From the IMG/VR virus record IMGVR_UViG_3300037400_002076, positions 7,717 through 71,716 of that record: DNA of 64,000 nucleotides. One strand, 5' to 3'. The DNA comes from a virus (taxonomy: Duplodnaviria > Caudoviricetes). Made by a program: the position numbers and the translations under genes. The notes below the pieces were generated by a model. It was not told where the DNA came from and did not search any database. It saw nothing but the letters and a program-made list of their open reading frames with translations. This document shows, in pieces, positions 54,672 through 64,000 of this stretch. Numbering within the stretch: position 1 is the first letter of the stretch; each line of letters begins with the position of its first letter.

Positions 54672-56311
54672 TATAACTCTTCCTCACCGAAGTCATATTT
54701 CACTATTCTGTTGTATCCATTCTGCGCCTTTACACAGATTTTTTTCGGTTCTTTCATTTTACCTTGTAAGCACATAACTAGCAACTCTTGAGCTGTTTTA
54801 GGTGTGTAGTCCGTCAAATTTCTGTATTTAACCCATGCAAGTGCGTTGGTCTTGACAAACGGAGTTTTGCTTTCGATGTTAATCCAATCCTTTGCAACTT
54901 CCTGCACCCCTGCAAAATACGTAACCAACACTTGCAATCCATTCTTGGTCTGAACCTTTGCATATTTGATCCTGCTTACCTCAAACGTCTTTTCTGTCTC
55001 TTTCGCCCTCTTCTTTATAATCTCTTGTAAACTTGCATGAGCTGTGAGTTTTGTTTCAGTCGGAAATTCATAATTACAGCAAGGACAGAATTTTGCCGAT
55101 GCAGGTGCGTACGTATGACATTTCGGACAAACCTTAACAGGTGCTTGCCCTAACGTTTCACCTCGCTTTTTCTTATCTGATTTTGATTTTGGTTTAACAG
55201 GATCGTTTATACAACCTAATCGAGCAACATTCCCTGCAAAATCAAGAATCAAACAGTTTTCTTTGTTCGGGCTGTATCTAATTCCTCTTCCGCAAGCCTG
55301 GATGTAAAGTGATACCGATTGTGTTGGTCGTAGCATAATCAAACAGTCAATATCAGGATAATTAAACCCTGTAGACAATACGTTTACATTCGCTACACAT
55401 CTGTATTTACCTGCTTTGTAATCGTTTATCCTTTCGGTTCTTGTCGTTATATCTAAATCACCGCTGATAACTGTAGTCGGTACGCCATGTGCGTTCAGGT
55501 AATCACATACATGTTTCGCATGTTCTACCCCTGTACAGAATACTAACCAATGTTTACGATCCCTTGCAAGTTCTATCGCTTCGGATAAAGCTCGCTGAGT
55601 GATCTCATCCTTATCTACGGCTAACTGCAATTCCTTTTCAATAAACTCGCCACCTCTTGTTTTAACATCGGAGACATCTATCTGATAACTAGGCTGTCTC
55701 GGAATTGCATCACATAGATAGTGATTTTCAATTAACCACTCAAACGCTTCTACTGTACACATGTTATAGGTGATAGCGTCAAAAATGCCGTTTTCCGTAA
55801 TATAACCGCAATCTAATCGATATGGAGTACCTGTAAAACCCACTACTTTAAGTTTCGGATTCACACACTTCAAACCTGCAATCAAACGTCTATATGTAGT
55901 TTCCTGCTTCACAGGTACAAGGTGACATTCGTCGATAACTATACAGTTAACTTTGCCAAACTGTTCGTACACTTTTGAAATACTCTGTACTCCGCAGCAG
56001 ATAACTTTATTTTTCGTCTGTTTACTCTTCAAACTCGCAGAATAGATACCGATGTCGCAACCCTGCCAATAGTCGATAACCCCCTCGTAATCCTGTTCTA
56101 TCAATTCTTTAACGTGAGTAACAATAAGAATTTTACTCATGTAATTACCAAATTTGTCATAACAGGTGCGAACAAAGTGTGCCATCGTTAACGTCTTGCC
56201 TGATCCAACAGGCATTACCACCACAGGATTGCCTTTGTTTTCATTAGTCGCCCAGTATTTAAAAATCGATTCAACAGCATCGATCTGATACTGCCGAGGT
56301 TGAATTGCCAT
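54671..56311 (-). CDS. SF2 DEAD/DEAH helicase with C-terminal Zn finger
   Basis: MPVGSGKT, IDECH, GFTGTPYR, QACGRGIR, CPKC..CPCC. Confidence 0.92.
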   Translation of the reverse strand: MAIQPRQYQIDAVESIFKYWATNENKGNPVVVMPVGSGKTLTMAHFVRTCYDKFGNYMSKILIVTHVKELIEQDYEGVIDYWQGCDIGIYSASLKSKQTKNKVICCGVQSISKVYEQFGKVNCIVIDECHLVPVKQETTYRRLIAGLKCVNPKLKVVGFTGTPYRLDCGYITENGIFDAITYNMCTVEAFEWLIENHYLCDAIPRQPSYQIDVSDVKTRGGEFIEKELQLAVDKDEITQRALSEAIELARDRKHWLVFCTGVEHAKHVCDYLNAHGVPTTVISGDLDITTRTERINDYKAGKYRCVANVNVLSTGFNYPDIDCLIMLRPTQSVSLYIQACGRGIRYSPNKENCLILDFAGNVARLGCINDPVKPKSKSDKKKRGETLGQAPVKVCPKCHTYAPASAKFCPCCNYEFPTETKLTAHASLQEIIKKRAKETEKTFEVSRIKYAKVQTKNGLQVLVTYFAGVQEVAKDWINIESKTPFVKTNALAWVKYRNLTDYTPKTAQELLVMCLQGKMKEPKKICVKAQNGYNRIVKYDFGEEEL

Positions 56312-56328
56312 AGATAACTCCTCTTTTG

Positions 56329-57267
56329 TTACTCAACTAAACTAAATTTTATCTGGCTTGCAAACGGAATAAAACATTTTTCTGTACATTCTTTGAAATC
56401 GAACACGCAAGAATCGCTATCATCAGTGTATGAGTGCGCCTGACACAACCTGCAATTCTGCGGAAAAACCGCTTCTTCAAAGCAATATTTCTTGAACGAA
56501 CAAAGTTTACAATCAAAGTATTTAGGCGATTCATGCAACGGAGCAGGTATCTCGTTGTCTAGTATCTCCGCAATCGTTTGTATAAACCTTTGTGCTACAT
56601 CATCATCTCTCTGAATAAGTACCGCATGTATTTCGTCAGTGTTTTTGTTGACCGCTACAAATAACGTGTGATTTACTTCCGCGGGAATTGTATCGCTTTG
56701 TATCACAGATTCTAACTGCTCTTTCGCAAGCTCGTTCATGCACTTCATATTGATCAAACACTGATTGTAATATCCCTGAAAATTGTCTAAACCTCTCGAT
56801 AAGAATTGCTTGAATCTGCTGTCGTTCATTGTCTTAAATTCGAGCATAACAAGTTCATTAGGAAATTCAGAAACGTTCAGAGCTAATCCGTCAATGCTGC
56901 CTGCAAACATTCCTTGCCTGTATCCGTACTGCCTGCCGTTATGTTCCCAAAAGGTCCGTATACCACTAGCCTGCAAAACCGCATGAAAACGTGCTTCTTC
57001 AAGATGTCCTCTGTTGAATAAACGGATCATTCTGGCGTCAATATTTGACTGATTAAAACCTCTAAAATTAAACCACACTTTACGCTTGCAAGGTTCTCCC
57101 AATATACTCGCACCTAGATGATCTCGTAATTTCTGTACTGGGTCTGCCTTATACGCATCGTGCATGGTAGGTAAAATCTGCTGTTCTAATTCTTTAAATC
57201 TTTTGCCGTTATCCTCACAAATCGATTTTTCAATTAGAGCCAATGTCTTATCTGCTGTAATTTCCAT
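56329..57267 (-). CDS. PD-(D/E)XK Cas4/YqaJ-like exonuclease
   Basis: HLGASILGEPCKRKVWF; GSIDG; LEFKT; CKLCSFKKYC; AAGGA RBS favours ATG 57267. Confidence 0.8.
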   Translation of the reverse strand: MEITADKTLALIEKSICEDNGKRFKELEQQILPTMHDAYKADPVQKLRDHLGASILGEPCKRKVWFNFRGFNQSNIDARMIRLFNRGHLEEARFHAVLQASGIRTFWEHNGRQYGYRQGMFAGSIDGLALNVSEFPNELVMLEFKTMNDSRFKQFLSRGLDNFQGYYNQCLINMKCMNELAKEQLESVIQSDTIPAEVNHTLFVAVNKNTDEIHAVLIQRDDDVAQRFIQTIAEILDNEIPAPLHESPKYFDCKLCSFKKYCFEEAVFPQNCRLCQAHSYTDDSDSCVFDFKECTEKCFIPFASQIKFSLVE

Positions 57268-57282
57268 AAAATTTCCTTTTAC

Positions 57283-57307
57283 AAAAAAGGGAGGTGTATA
57301 ACCTCCC
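57283..57307 (-). terminator. Intrinsic terminator
   Basis: GGGAGGT-tatac-ACCTCCC-TTTTTT. Confidence 0.8.
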
Positions 57308-57332
57308 AAAAATGACTAAGAATAACTGCTAA

Positions 57333-58076
57333 TTAGAATGGTAAATTATCTAACGGATTAGGCTGACTAGGCTCTGGCATTGCCTGTGGTTTAGCCTGTG
57401 GTTGAGGCTTTGGCACATTGTACGCCTCCTGCATACTTCCGCCTACATTTGCTAACAATGCCGCCTGTTCCTTATCTTCCTTGATCTTCTTCTGTAAAAA
57501 AGCGTATGTCTTGCCGATACTTGTTGCAGGCAGATTACCTCTCACTTCTCTTGTCTCACGCTTATCCATGCCGTACAGACCGTAGACAGTGTAATTTGCC
57601 TTTGCAGTGCCGTCTGGCATAATGTAGTCTTTTGGCTTTCTGTACACGCAGGCGATCAGCTTCTTGCCTTTCAGTGCAGGATAGTGCATAACTACAGTGT
57701 TATCACGCTTGCTTACAACATCCTCGCCATTCTTGTTCTTTAACGGCTCTTCTGAAATGCCATGAGGATTGCCTGTTAAAAAACACAGTTCGTAGGTCTT
57801 GGCAAAGAAGTCACTGTTCACATCGCAAGTGAAATTGTTTGTGAACTTACCGACAGGTGTTACTCCATCCTTGTCAAAAGCGATAAACGTAACATTGATT
57901 CGCTCTTCTACCTTTCCGCCTACATTTGCAGTACCAGCAAAAGCTGATGAGATCTCGCACTGATACAAACCTGAATCCACATATGGCAAATCCTTGTCAG
58001 AAATGAAATCACCACCATTGTTTGCCAGCATGTCCTCGTAACGCTTGGTATCTTCCGCATTGAAATTAAGATTCAT
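57333..58076 (-). CDS. Single-stranded DNA-binding protein (putative)
   Basis: Pro/Gln-rich linker and LDNLPF tip like SSB tails; next to RecT. Confidence 0.65.
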   Translation of the reverse strand: MNLNFNAEDTKRYEDMLANNGGDFISDKDLPYVDSGLYQCEISSAFAGTANVGGKVEERINVTFIAFDKDGVTPVGKFTNNFTCDVNSDFFAKTYELCFLTGNPHGISEEPLKNKNGEDVVSKRDNTVVMHYPALKGKKLIACVYRKPKDYIMPDGTAKANYTVYGLYGMDKRETREVRGNLPATSIGKTYAFLQKKIKEDKEQAALLANVGGSMQEAYNVPKPQPQAKPQAMPEPSQPNPLDNLPF

Positions 58077-58169
58077 AACTATTTCCTTTTAGTTTTACAT
58101 GTAAAAAACAATTTGATTTTAGAGCGTAAACGGATTTTTGTCAACGCTCTTGAACGGATTTTATTTCAG

Positions 58170-59045
58170 TTATTGAGCTTTCTCTAACTCTTCCTTTTTC
58201 TGCTTAAACAACTCAATTATCCTGCTTGATTCAGTCGGATTGATCAGCTTTTTGTTTTCTGAAAAAACGGATACTAATTCTTCTACGTTTTGTGCCCTGC
58301 TTATCATGTCCGAAAAAACCTCAAACGGCTTGTACTCAAGTGCAGGTGTTATATCCTCTACAGCTACATCTATGTTCTTCTTTACCACAGGTGTAGATAA
58401 AACTTCCGTGTACGAGTGCGTTGCATCCTGCTGCTGAATCTCATACGCTTCCTCGGTGGTCGTCATACCTGCTAACACATCAGGAAACACGTCTCTTAAA
58501 GCATAGGTTCTTGCTCTTGCCATCAACATTCTTACAGGGTACTTCGCCCACACGTTTCTGCCCCATAAGCCTGCAATTTTTGCATCTTCAATCGAAAAAG
58601 TACGTGTTTCAGGGCGAGTCATGTCTTTACGCTTAACGGTACAGATAGCCGTATGTGTTGTTGCATCGTAACTCTCTTCCTTGTACTCCATTAAACCGCT
58701 CATGTACACGATTGAAGCCAGAGCTTCACCCCATATCGTCATTTCGCCGTTTACAACCATAGTCTTGCTTAACGCCATTTTCGGAGATAAGTTTAGCGAT
58801 CTGCCGAAAGCAATTTGCGCTACTGCCTGGGTTAAACTCTTTTCAGAAATGCGATCTAACGGACACTTCGGATCGTCAGGATCGGATTTTAAATCGAGAA
58901 ATCTTTTTGGCAAAATGCCTGTCTCAAACATGTAACGGAGCTTCTCACGATACTCCTTAACCTCCTGTGTAGACCAATCACTCATTTCAATCGGATGCCC
59001 GTCATTACGTACATCGTCTGATACAATCATATCTTTTTCACTCAT
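58170..59045 (-). CDS. RecT-like single-strand annealing protein
   Basis: VVNGEMTIWG; WAKYPVRMLMARARTYALRDVFPDVLAG. Confidence 0.8.
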   Translation of the reverse strand: MSEKDMIVSDDVRNDGHPIEMSDWSTQEVKEYREKLRYMFETGILPKRFLDLKSDPDDPKCPLDRISEKSLTQAVAQIAFGRSLNLSPKMALSKTMVVNGEMTIWGEALASIVYMSGLMEYKEESYDATTHTAICTVKRKDMTRPETRTFSIEDAKIAGLWGRNVWAKYPVRMLMARARTYALRDVFPDVLAGMTTTEEAYEIQQQDATHSYTEVLSTPVVKKNIDVAVEDITPALEYKPFEVFSDMISRAQNVEELVSVFSENKKLINPTESSRIIELFKQKKEELEKAQ

Positions 59046-59062
59046 TGAATAAATCTCCTATC

Positions 59063-59812
59063 TTAATTAAATTCTAAAATTTCCACTTGCTCATCCATAT
59101 CTACTTTTCCTGTTGTTATCAGTTTTTCTTCACCTCCCTCCATTAACAGTAATGAAATAATGTTGACTATCTTGGTTATACGTCTGCATACGTTATAATG
59201 ATTAAAACTAATCATCATCGCTAAAAAACAGCGCAGTCGTAACTTCGACGAAAATGTTTTTGTAAATTTGTATACGTCAGATTTAAACCCTCGATCTGAA
59301 TACATCGCACTTCTTGACAGTAATGAGATAAACTCATTCACGTGTGATTCGGTGTACAGCTTGTTTGCATCCATGTCGCATATAATCTCGGACACTTCCG
59401 GGGTAACACGCTCTAAATCGATAATCTGATTTAAACGCTCGATAGAGGTGATGCCGTCTGGAACTGTATAATTCATACTTGACAATAACTCTTCACAAAC
59501 GGATTTTGAATTTAAACCTAAAATCTGATTGTCTAAGCAGCAGTATAATCTGTGAGAAAATATATTAGACCCCGCTTCGTCAAACATTTCAAAATCAACG
59601 TTCTGCAATGGTTTAGATAAAAACGTGTTCAGATTGTCTGACAGCTTTTGCAATACACTCTTGTTTGAAATCAACGTAAACACTTTCTTTGCGTTCTTCC
59701 CTGTGTATTTCACAAAAAATCTACCCATTGTATATGCAAAATGCACTCGTACTATTCGATTGTTTTTCTTAATATCACTTATAACAACATGCGCTGGCAT
59801 TGTTAATTTCAT
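59063..59812 (-). CDS. Hypothetical protein
   Basis: 249 aa, coupled. Confidence 0.75.
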   Translation of the reverse strand: MKLTMPAHVVISDIKKNNRIVRVHFAYTMGRFFVKYTGKNAKKVFTLISNKSVLQKLSDNLNTFLSKPLQNVDFEMFDEAGSNIFSHRLYCCLDNQILGLNSKSVCEELLSSMNYTVPDGITSIERLNQIIDLERVTPEVSEIICDMDANKLYTESHVNEFISLLSRSAMYSDRGFKSDVYKFTKTFSSKLRLRCFLAMMISFNHYNVCRRITKIVNIISLLLMEGGEEKLITTGKVDMDEQVEILEFN

Positions 59813-60294
59813 AATTCGATCTCCAAATCAGGTTCAAACTCTACCACTGTGTTGCTCATACAATCGTTTTCGTATCTCTTTTTGTAGTATTCGTACACTT
59901 TTTGATTAACTCTCTTTTCAACCATCGATTCAAACAACACTGGGTTTTTATCACAGTCCTGCCAATACTTGTAAATGGTTCTTGGATTTAGCCCGGTTAT
60001 CTTGCTCAACGCAGAAGCGGTGAATTTACAATCCCTAAACTCAATAGCTCCACAAACGGATTTTGTATTCTCTTCCGTTTCTCCCGTTGCCGTAACCATA
60101 CTCGGATATACGCTTTGTGTATACCATTTTTCCAAATCCTTATACACAGGAATTTCTTTGTAGCAACGTGAAAAACCAAGATCACTCTCAAAATCTTTCA
60201 TTTCAACCGCTTTGCTAATCATCGTGTTTAAACTCCAACTGTTTATCGTACCCATTTTCGATAATTCGTCGGTCAACACATCTTCATAACTCAT
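59809..60294 (-). CDS. Hypothetical protein with possible HTH
   Basis: TASALSKITGLNPRTIYKY. Confidence 0.6.
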   Translation of the reverse strand: MSYEDVLTDELSKMGTINSWSLNTMISKAVEMKDFESDLGFSRCYKEIPVYKDLEKWYTQSVYPSMVTATGETEENTKSVCGAIEFRDCKFTASALSKITGLNPRTIYKYWQDCDKNPVLFESMVEKRVNQKVYEYYKKRYENDCMSNTVVEFEPDLEIEL

Positions 60295-60794
60295 ACCTCA
60301 TAACTCCCATAATTCTGCTTCTGTTCTAAAGCGATTTTTAACTTTTCCATAATCAACGGATAATTTTCACATGTGCTTTTTAATTCCATTAAATACGAAT
60401 TGTATCTGTTAACCTTTTTGCAAAACCATGTTGGTCCGCTTTGAAAACCGCGCAGAGTAGCCTGTTGTGATTCAGGCACTCTCTTGTCTAAAATCTTTAA
60501 TTCAGACTGCTTAACCGCAAGGTAAAAACCGTAGTAATCTTTCGCTAATGCCAGGGATAAAATTGTATTCAGCTCATCTACTTTGTCTTTAAAGGTGGAA
60601 AAAACCTTTATTATCAAACGTAAATTACCCTCGGAAAACTGTTTATCACCTTTCGCAATCAGAGTGAGTGTTCCCTGATTCAACGCAATGTACTCAAAAA
60701 ACTTACCGATTTTCATTTCTCCAATCGTAATCAGATTATTCATATCTCGTCTTGATAAAAGTCCGTACGATTCATATTTATAAGCATTTGGCAT
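60291..60794 (-). CDS. Hypothetical protein
   Basis: 167 aa. Confidence 0.7.
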   Translation of the reverse strand: MPNAYKYESYGLLSRRDMNNLITIGEMKIGKFFEYIALNQGTLTLIAKGDKQFSEGNLRLIIKVFSTFKDKVDELNTILSLALAKDYYGFYLAVKQSELKILDKRVPESQQATLRGFQSGPTWFCKKVNRYNSYLMELKSTCENYPLIMEKLKIALEQKQNYGSYEV

Positions 60795-60950
60795 ATTATC
60801 ACCTGTTACAAACTATTCTAAAATCTCAGTCAAAACCAATTGACAAATCTAATTATACATCAGTTCTTTATTTTAGTAACTGTTTTATTATTTGATTGTG
60901 AAAATGATCACAACACTTTAGCAAGGGGGCTGGCTTGTTTTCAGGTAATA

Positions 60951-61107
60951 AAAACCGATTCACAAACGGATTTTTAAATTATATAGTAATTTAAGGGGGC
61001 TAAAAACGGATTTTCCGGGGATAACCGAGCAAAAAACGGATTTTTATCTGATAAATGGGGGTTAAAAACGAATCTGCCGTTTTTAACCAATCCAAAAACA
61101 GATTTTT
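60951..61107. repeat. Phased array of AAAC(G/A)GATTTT-like motifs
   Basis: Motif C positions 60967, 61007, 61037, 61069, 61099 (spacing 40/30/32/30); GGGGG(C/T)T precedes several copies. Confidence 0.7.
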
Positions 61108-61122
61108 CTGCAACCTGAAAAG

Positions 61123-61153
61123 AAAAGGCTCAAAACTTTCGTTAAGAGCCTTT
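61123..61153 (-). terminator. Terminator hairpin
   Basis: AAAGGCTC...GAGCCTTTTCTTTT on the - strand. Confidence 0.65.
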
Positions 61154-61180
61154 ATTGACGTGGAGTAGTTATCAGATAGT

Positions 61181-61189
61181 ATTATAACA
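61181..61189 (-). promoter_or_regulatory. Extended -10 promoter
   Basis: TGTTATAAT on -, firing toward the terminator and repeat array. Confidence 0.45.
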
Positions 61190-61213
61190 CAATTTTAATC
61201 GCTTTCAACAAAT

Positions 61214-61837
61214 TTATGCACCACTGTTTTCAAGAATCTTGGCTTCTCTCTTCGCCTGCATCTCGCACAATGTTTTGATAACTCTGTTCTTGTTCAGTTT
61301 GCCACAATTCTTATCGTTCAGGTATTTTTCCGTAAAATCTCTCACTTCTTTATGATGAAATGTAAAATCCACATCGACATTAGCCTGTAGTACAAACGTT
61401 CCATACTTATCTTTGCGCACAAACTTGTTTATCGTCAGAAAAACATCACTATCATCGCCGTCGTATGTAAAAAATTCAATTGATAGCAATTGCGGTGAAA
61501 TTACCCATCGTAAACACTCAACCATCGTGTTCAGATCTTCAAGCCACAACTCGAAATCACTGTAGAAATCGTTTGGCAGTGCTTCACGCTTTAGCAAATT
61601 GTGAATCGGACACCATAGAATCCGACATAATTCAGCGTAAGAACTGAGGTCATACATAGCAGTCTTGTCGCATATACCAAGTGATTCGATAAAACTGTAC
61701 TCATCATCAGTCAGAGTGTAATTCTCATTCATCTTAACAGGTGGACCGTAAATCACGCACTTGTTATCGCCTTTGAAATTGACATATAAGCCAGATGCGT
61801 AAACCATTATTTTTAACAACGTCTTGAAATCAGTCAT
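61214..61837 (-). CDS. Hypothetical protein
   Basis: GGAGG RBS, 207 aa. Confidence 0.8.
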   Translation of the reverse strand: MTDFKTLLKIMVYASGLYVNFKGDNKCVIYGPPVKMNENYTLTDDEYSFIESLGICDKTAMYDLSSYAELCRILWCPIHNLLKREALPNDFYSDFELWLEDLNTMVECLRWVISPQLLSIEFFTYDGDDSDVFLTINKFVRKDKYGTFVLQANVDVDFTFHHKEVRDFTEKYLNDKNCGKLNKNRVIKTLCEMQAKREAKILENSGA

Positions 61838-62262
61838 ATAATCCTCCGAAAATAAAACGAAATAATGTTAGTTACTGTATGTTTTATTATAATAGATTCA
61901 TATTTTAAAACAATGATGTATATCACAAAATAAAACATATATTGTTTGCTGCGCTTCCCGGTCCGATGCGGAGGCGAGCGCCAGGTGAGTGCCGGGATAA
62001 TATCTCTCCTGATATGATTCTCTCATCGTTACACTTTATTCAAACAATGTACATTACATTTACTTTGGAAGCTCGTATTGTTCAGATATATACCTGGGAT
62101 ATGGAGCATTTATCATCGGACCATAAATCGATTTTAAGCCTAAAAAAACGCTCGCTATTGTGTTTCAAAAACCTGGGTATACAAGATATAAAGAATTTTA
62201 AACCGATTCATAAATTCGATTTTTTTGCCCTGTTTATGACCACAATATCGAACCGGGAGTTG

Positions 62263-62295
62263 AAAAGAAAAACCCTCATCAAACGACGAGGGCTT
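62263..62295 (-). terminator. Intrinsic terminator
   Basis: GCCCTCGTCG-ttt-GATGAGGGT-TTTTCTTTT. Confidence 0.75.
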
Positions 62296-62314
62296 ACAGG
62301 AATACATGTGTATA

Positions 62315-62641
62315 TCACTTGATTAAATCAGCAAGTTTAGACGCTAGTTTAGAGTTTTTGCGAGTTAACTGTATAAACTCACCTTGCTTACCCCAGCGAG
62401 GCGCATCGTTACCCTTAACATATTTAATGTCTGTTTTTATCAGGATGATTCGCGCATTATCTGAATAGCGATCATTAGTTAAGGTTTTCCATTTTCCGCA
62501 TATGTTCCAACCGTATGGATGCAAATAAATTCGATCTCCGAGAAATAAACGGACCAGCTTCTTTAGAGTCTCCTGTGCAATCACTCCCTCGATATTGCGA
62601 GGGAGGTTAGCCTGAATTTTGTCATATATCGTCTTTTTCAT
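62315..62641 (-). CDS. Hypothetical protein
   Basis: GGAGG RBS, 108 aa. Confidence 0.75.
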   Translation of the reverse strand: MKKTIYDKIQANLPRNIEGVIAQETLKKLVRLFLGDRIYLHPYGWNICGKWKTLTNDRYSDNARIILIKTDIKYVKGNDAPRWGKQGEFIQLTRKNSKLASKLADLIK

Positions 62642-62657
62642 ACTAACCTCCGCAATC

Positions 62658-63128
62658 TTATAATTCGATTTTATTCAGCTTACAAAATCGAAGTATCGTA
62701 TACTGCACATCGTCAAACAGATCCTCATAACCGACAACAAAATCTGGCTTTAGTGCATCAGCTATGTTGTTTTCAGTCACGTAATCGATAAGAAAAGCGA
62801 TATACTCATCGTGATTCAGGAAGTACAATTCACATGACTCCTTATCGACAAAATAAAAACGTGACGGATAACTTCCATCTATTAAATACTGATAACCACG
62901 ATTCTGAAAATGGACATTCTCAATAATCATATCCATATAATTGTTCACAGCACTGTACAGATGCAAATTGTGAATACGATCTACAATATCATAACCGCAA
63001 ACAGCACCAAACAGAATTTTTGCAAAGAGTTCTAATAATTCAATACCATCAGGATTGTCAAACATAACCCCGGCTTTTTCATGCTTCAAAGCGCTTATAA
63101 TTACAGAAATACTTTCATTTACATTCAT
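62658..63128 (-). CDS. Hypothetical protein
   Basis: GGAG RBS, 156 aa. Confidence 0.75.
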   Translation of the reverse strand: MNVNESISVIISALKHEKAGVMFDNPDGIELLELFAKILFGAVCGYDIVDRIHNLHLYSAVNNYMDMIIENVHFQNRGYQYLIDGSYPSRFYFVDKESCELYFLNHDEYIAFLIDYVTENNIADALKPDFVVGYEDLFDDVQYTILRFCKLNKIEL

Positions 63129-63291
63129 AATGATACTCCAAACAGATTTTGATTAAACGGACTGCTCCTGGCGATCCGCAGTAAATACAGCTAATTGTTA
63201 ATTGTTAATAATCACACTACTTGCTCGTTTTCACGATGCAGTATATGCTTCAAACTTGTTAATTCTGTATAATTCATATTTTGCTCCTGTT

Positions 63292-63507
63292 TTATGCCAA
63301 GGTAACGATAATCTGATTCAGCACCCAATTTGCTGTAGATACTGCACTGTTCAGCTCGTGTATTGTATGATTAGTGAGAAAACGATCCTGAAAGTGACGA
63401 TTGTTCACAATTGACTGCACATCGATTGCGAGTTTTATTTCCGATTCATAAATGCTTCTATCTATAATTGCTAAAGCATCAGTCATTAGAATTTCTGATA
63501 ATTCCAT
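63292..63507 (-). CDS. Hypothetical protein
   Basis: AGGAGG RBS, 71 aa. Confidence 0.65.
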   Translation of the reverse strand: MELSEILMTDALAIIDRSIYESEIKLAIDVQSIVNNRHFQDRFLTNHTIHELNSAVSTANWVLNQIIVTLA

Positions 63508-63515
63508 ATCGCCTC

Positions 63516-63854
63516 CTATAATCGATCAATGGCTTCTGGCAGATCGTCAAACAGTGTTACATTCTCATACTCTAAAAAATACGCCGCGAACTTATCGATC
63601 TTATATTCTGCCAAAAGCTCGATTAACTCATCTAAACTTTCATATTGAACCATATCAACCTGGCGATAGTAAACGCTTGATTTAGTGTTATTACAATAAC
63701 GTTCGTCGGCTTCTGAAATTTCCGCCACATCAAAACTACATTCAAACACTGTTAAGAAGCACTGATTGTACATATCAGTAGATACACTAGCTACTATAAA
63801 CATATTAACTACTCCTATAATGTAGATAGTAAATAAATTACTATCTACTTGCAA
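63516..63854 (-). CDS. Hypothetical acidic protein
   Basis: Open frame; AGGAG inside suggests the true start is about 17 codons downstream. Confidence 0.65.
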   Translation of the reverse strand: MQVDSNLFTIYIIGVVNMFIVASVSTDMYNQCFLTVFECSFDVAEISEADERYCNNTKSSVYYRQVDMVQYESLDELIELLAEYKIDKFAAYFLEYENVTLFDDLPEAIDRL

Positions 63855-64000
63855 TTATAAACTCAAGATACTTATTTTATTTTGTGATAAAACCATAATC
63901 GGATTCTGCATTAAACGGATTTAATCCTCATCATCATCAGCAAAATAATCGGTATGGCTAAGAAAATCGATAAATCTGCCAATCAGTAAAAATACCCCAC

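Noticed and set aside
3045-60191. Numerous 60-185 aa antisense or alternate-frame ORFs in the track (for example 20346..20903, 6512..6874, 13274..13612, 40717..41094)
   Set aside because: They lie wholly within well-supported genes, lack RBSs and have shadow-ORF composition.
60951-61107. CRISPR array
   Set aside because: Repeats are only about 11 nt, degenerate, and separated by about 20-30 nt; no cas operon is present (the Cas4-like gene is in a RecT/SSB recombination context).
61942-62322. + strand 126-aa ORF
   Set aside because: TTG start without RBS, opposite to all neighbours, and spans a - strand terminator.
1-64000. Stop-codon reassignment or suppressor tRNA
   Set aside because: Conserved genes are full length in code 11 and use TAA, TAG and TGA stops; no canonical CTA/TTA/TCA-anticodon tRNA was found.

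Overview
A 64-kb segment of a tailed dsDNA phage (siphovirus-type long tail). Terminase, portal, major capsid and clear lysis genes are not in the window, and no integrase or repressor is recognisable. The + strand (701-27126) carries a four-gene cassette of unknown function, a dTMP kinase and a Chi/YuA-style neck-tail module: adaptor, closure, terminator, tail tube, chaperone with a -1 frameshift site, tape measure, an enlarged Dit, a DUF2163/BR0599-type tip protein, hub and fibres. The - strand (27097-64000) carries replication, recombination and nucleotide-supply genes: family-B polymerase, bacterial-type beta clamp, ATP-dependent ligase, DEDDh exonuclease, primase-helicase, SF2 helicase, RecT, SSB, RusA, NrdD/NrdG, ThyA and DHFR. 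It also has three C5-cytosine methyltransferases, a GalE-like epimerase and two Hef-like nuclease paralogs. NrdD, DnaN and tape-measure motifs look gammaproteobacterial, and NrdD/NrdG point to an anaerobic or facultative host (inference). The most unusual signals are: (1) a 1.5-kb RNA cluster (34190-35660) in which 3 near-canonical tRNAs alternate with 3 tRNA-shaped RNAs with remodelled anticodon arms and several multibranch structured RNAs; (2) all 20 CCGG sites I found lie within CCSGG, suggesting methylation-conditional restriction-site purging; (3) a captured methyltransferase pair followed by a possible endonuclease stub; (4) a phased AAACGGATTTT motif array. All family assignments come from motif recognition by eye; no searches were run.
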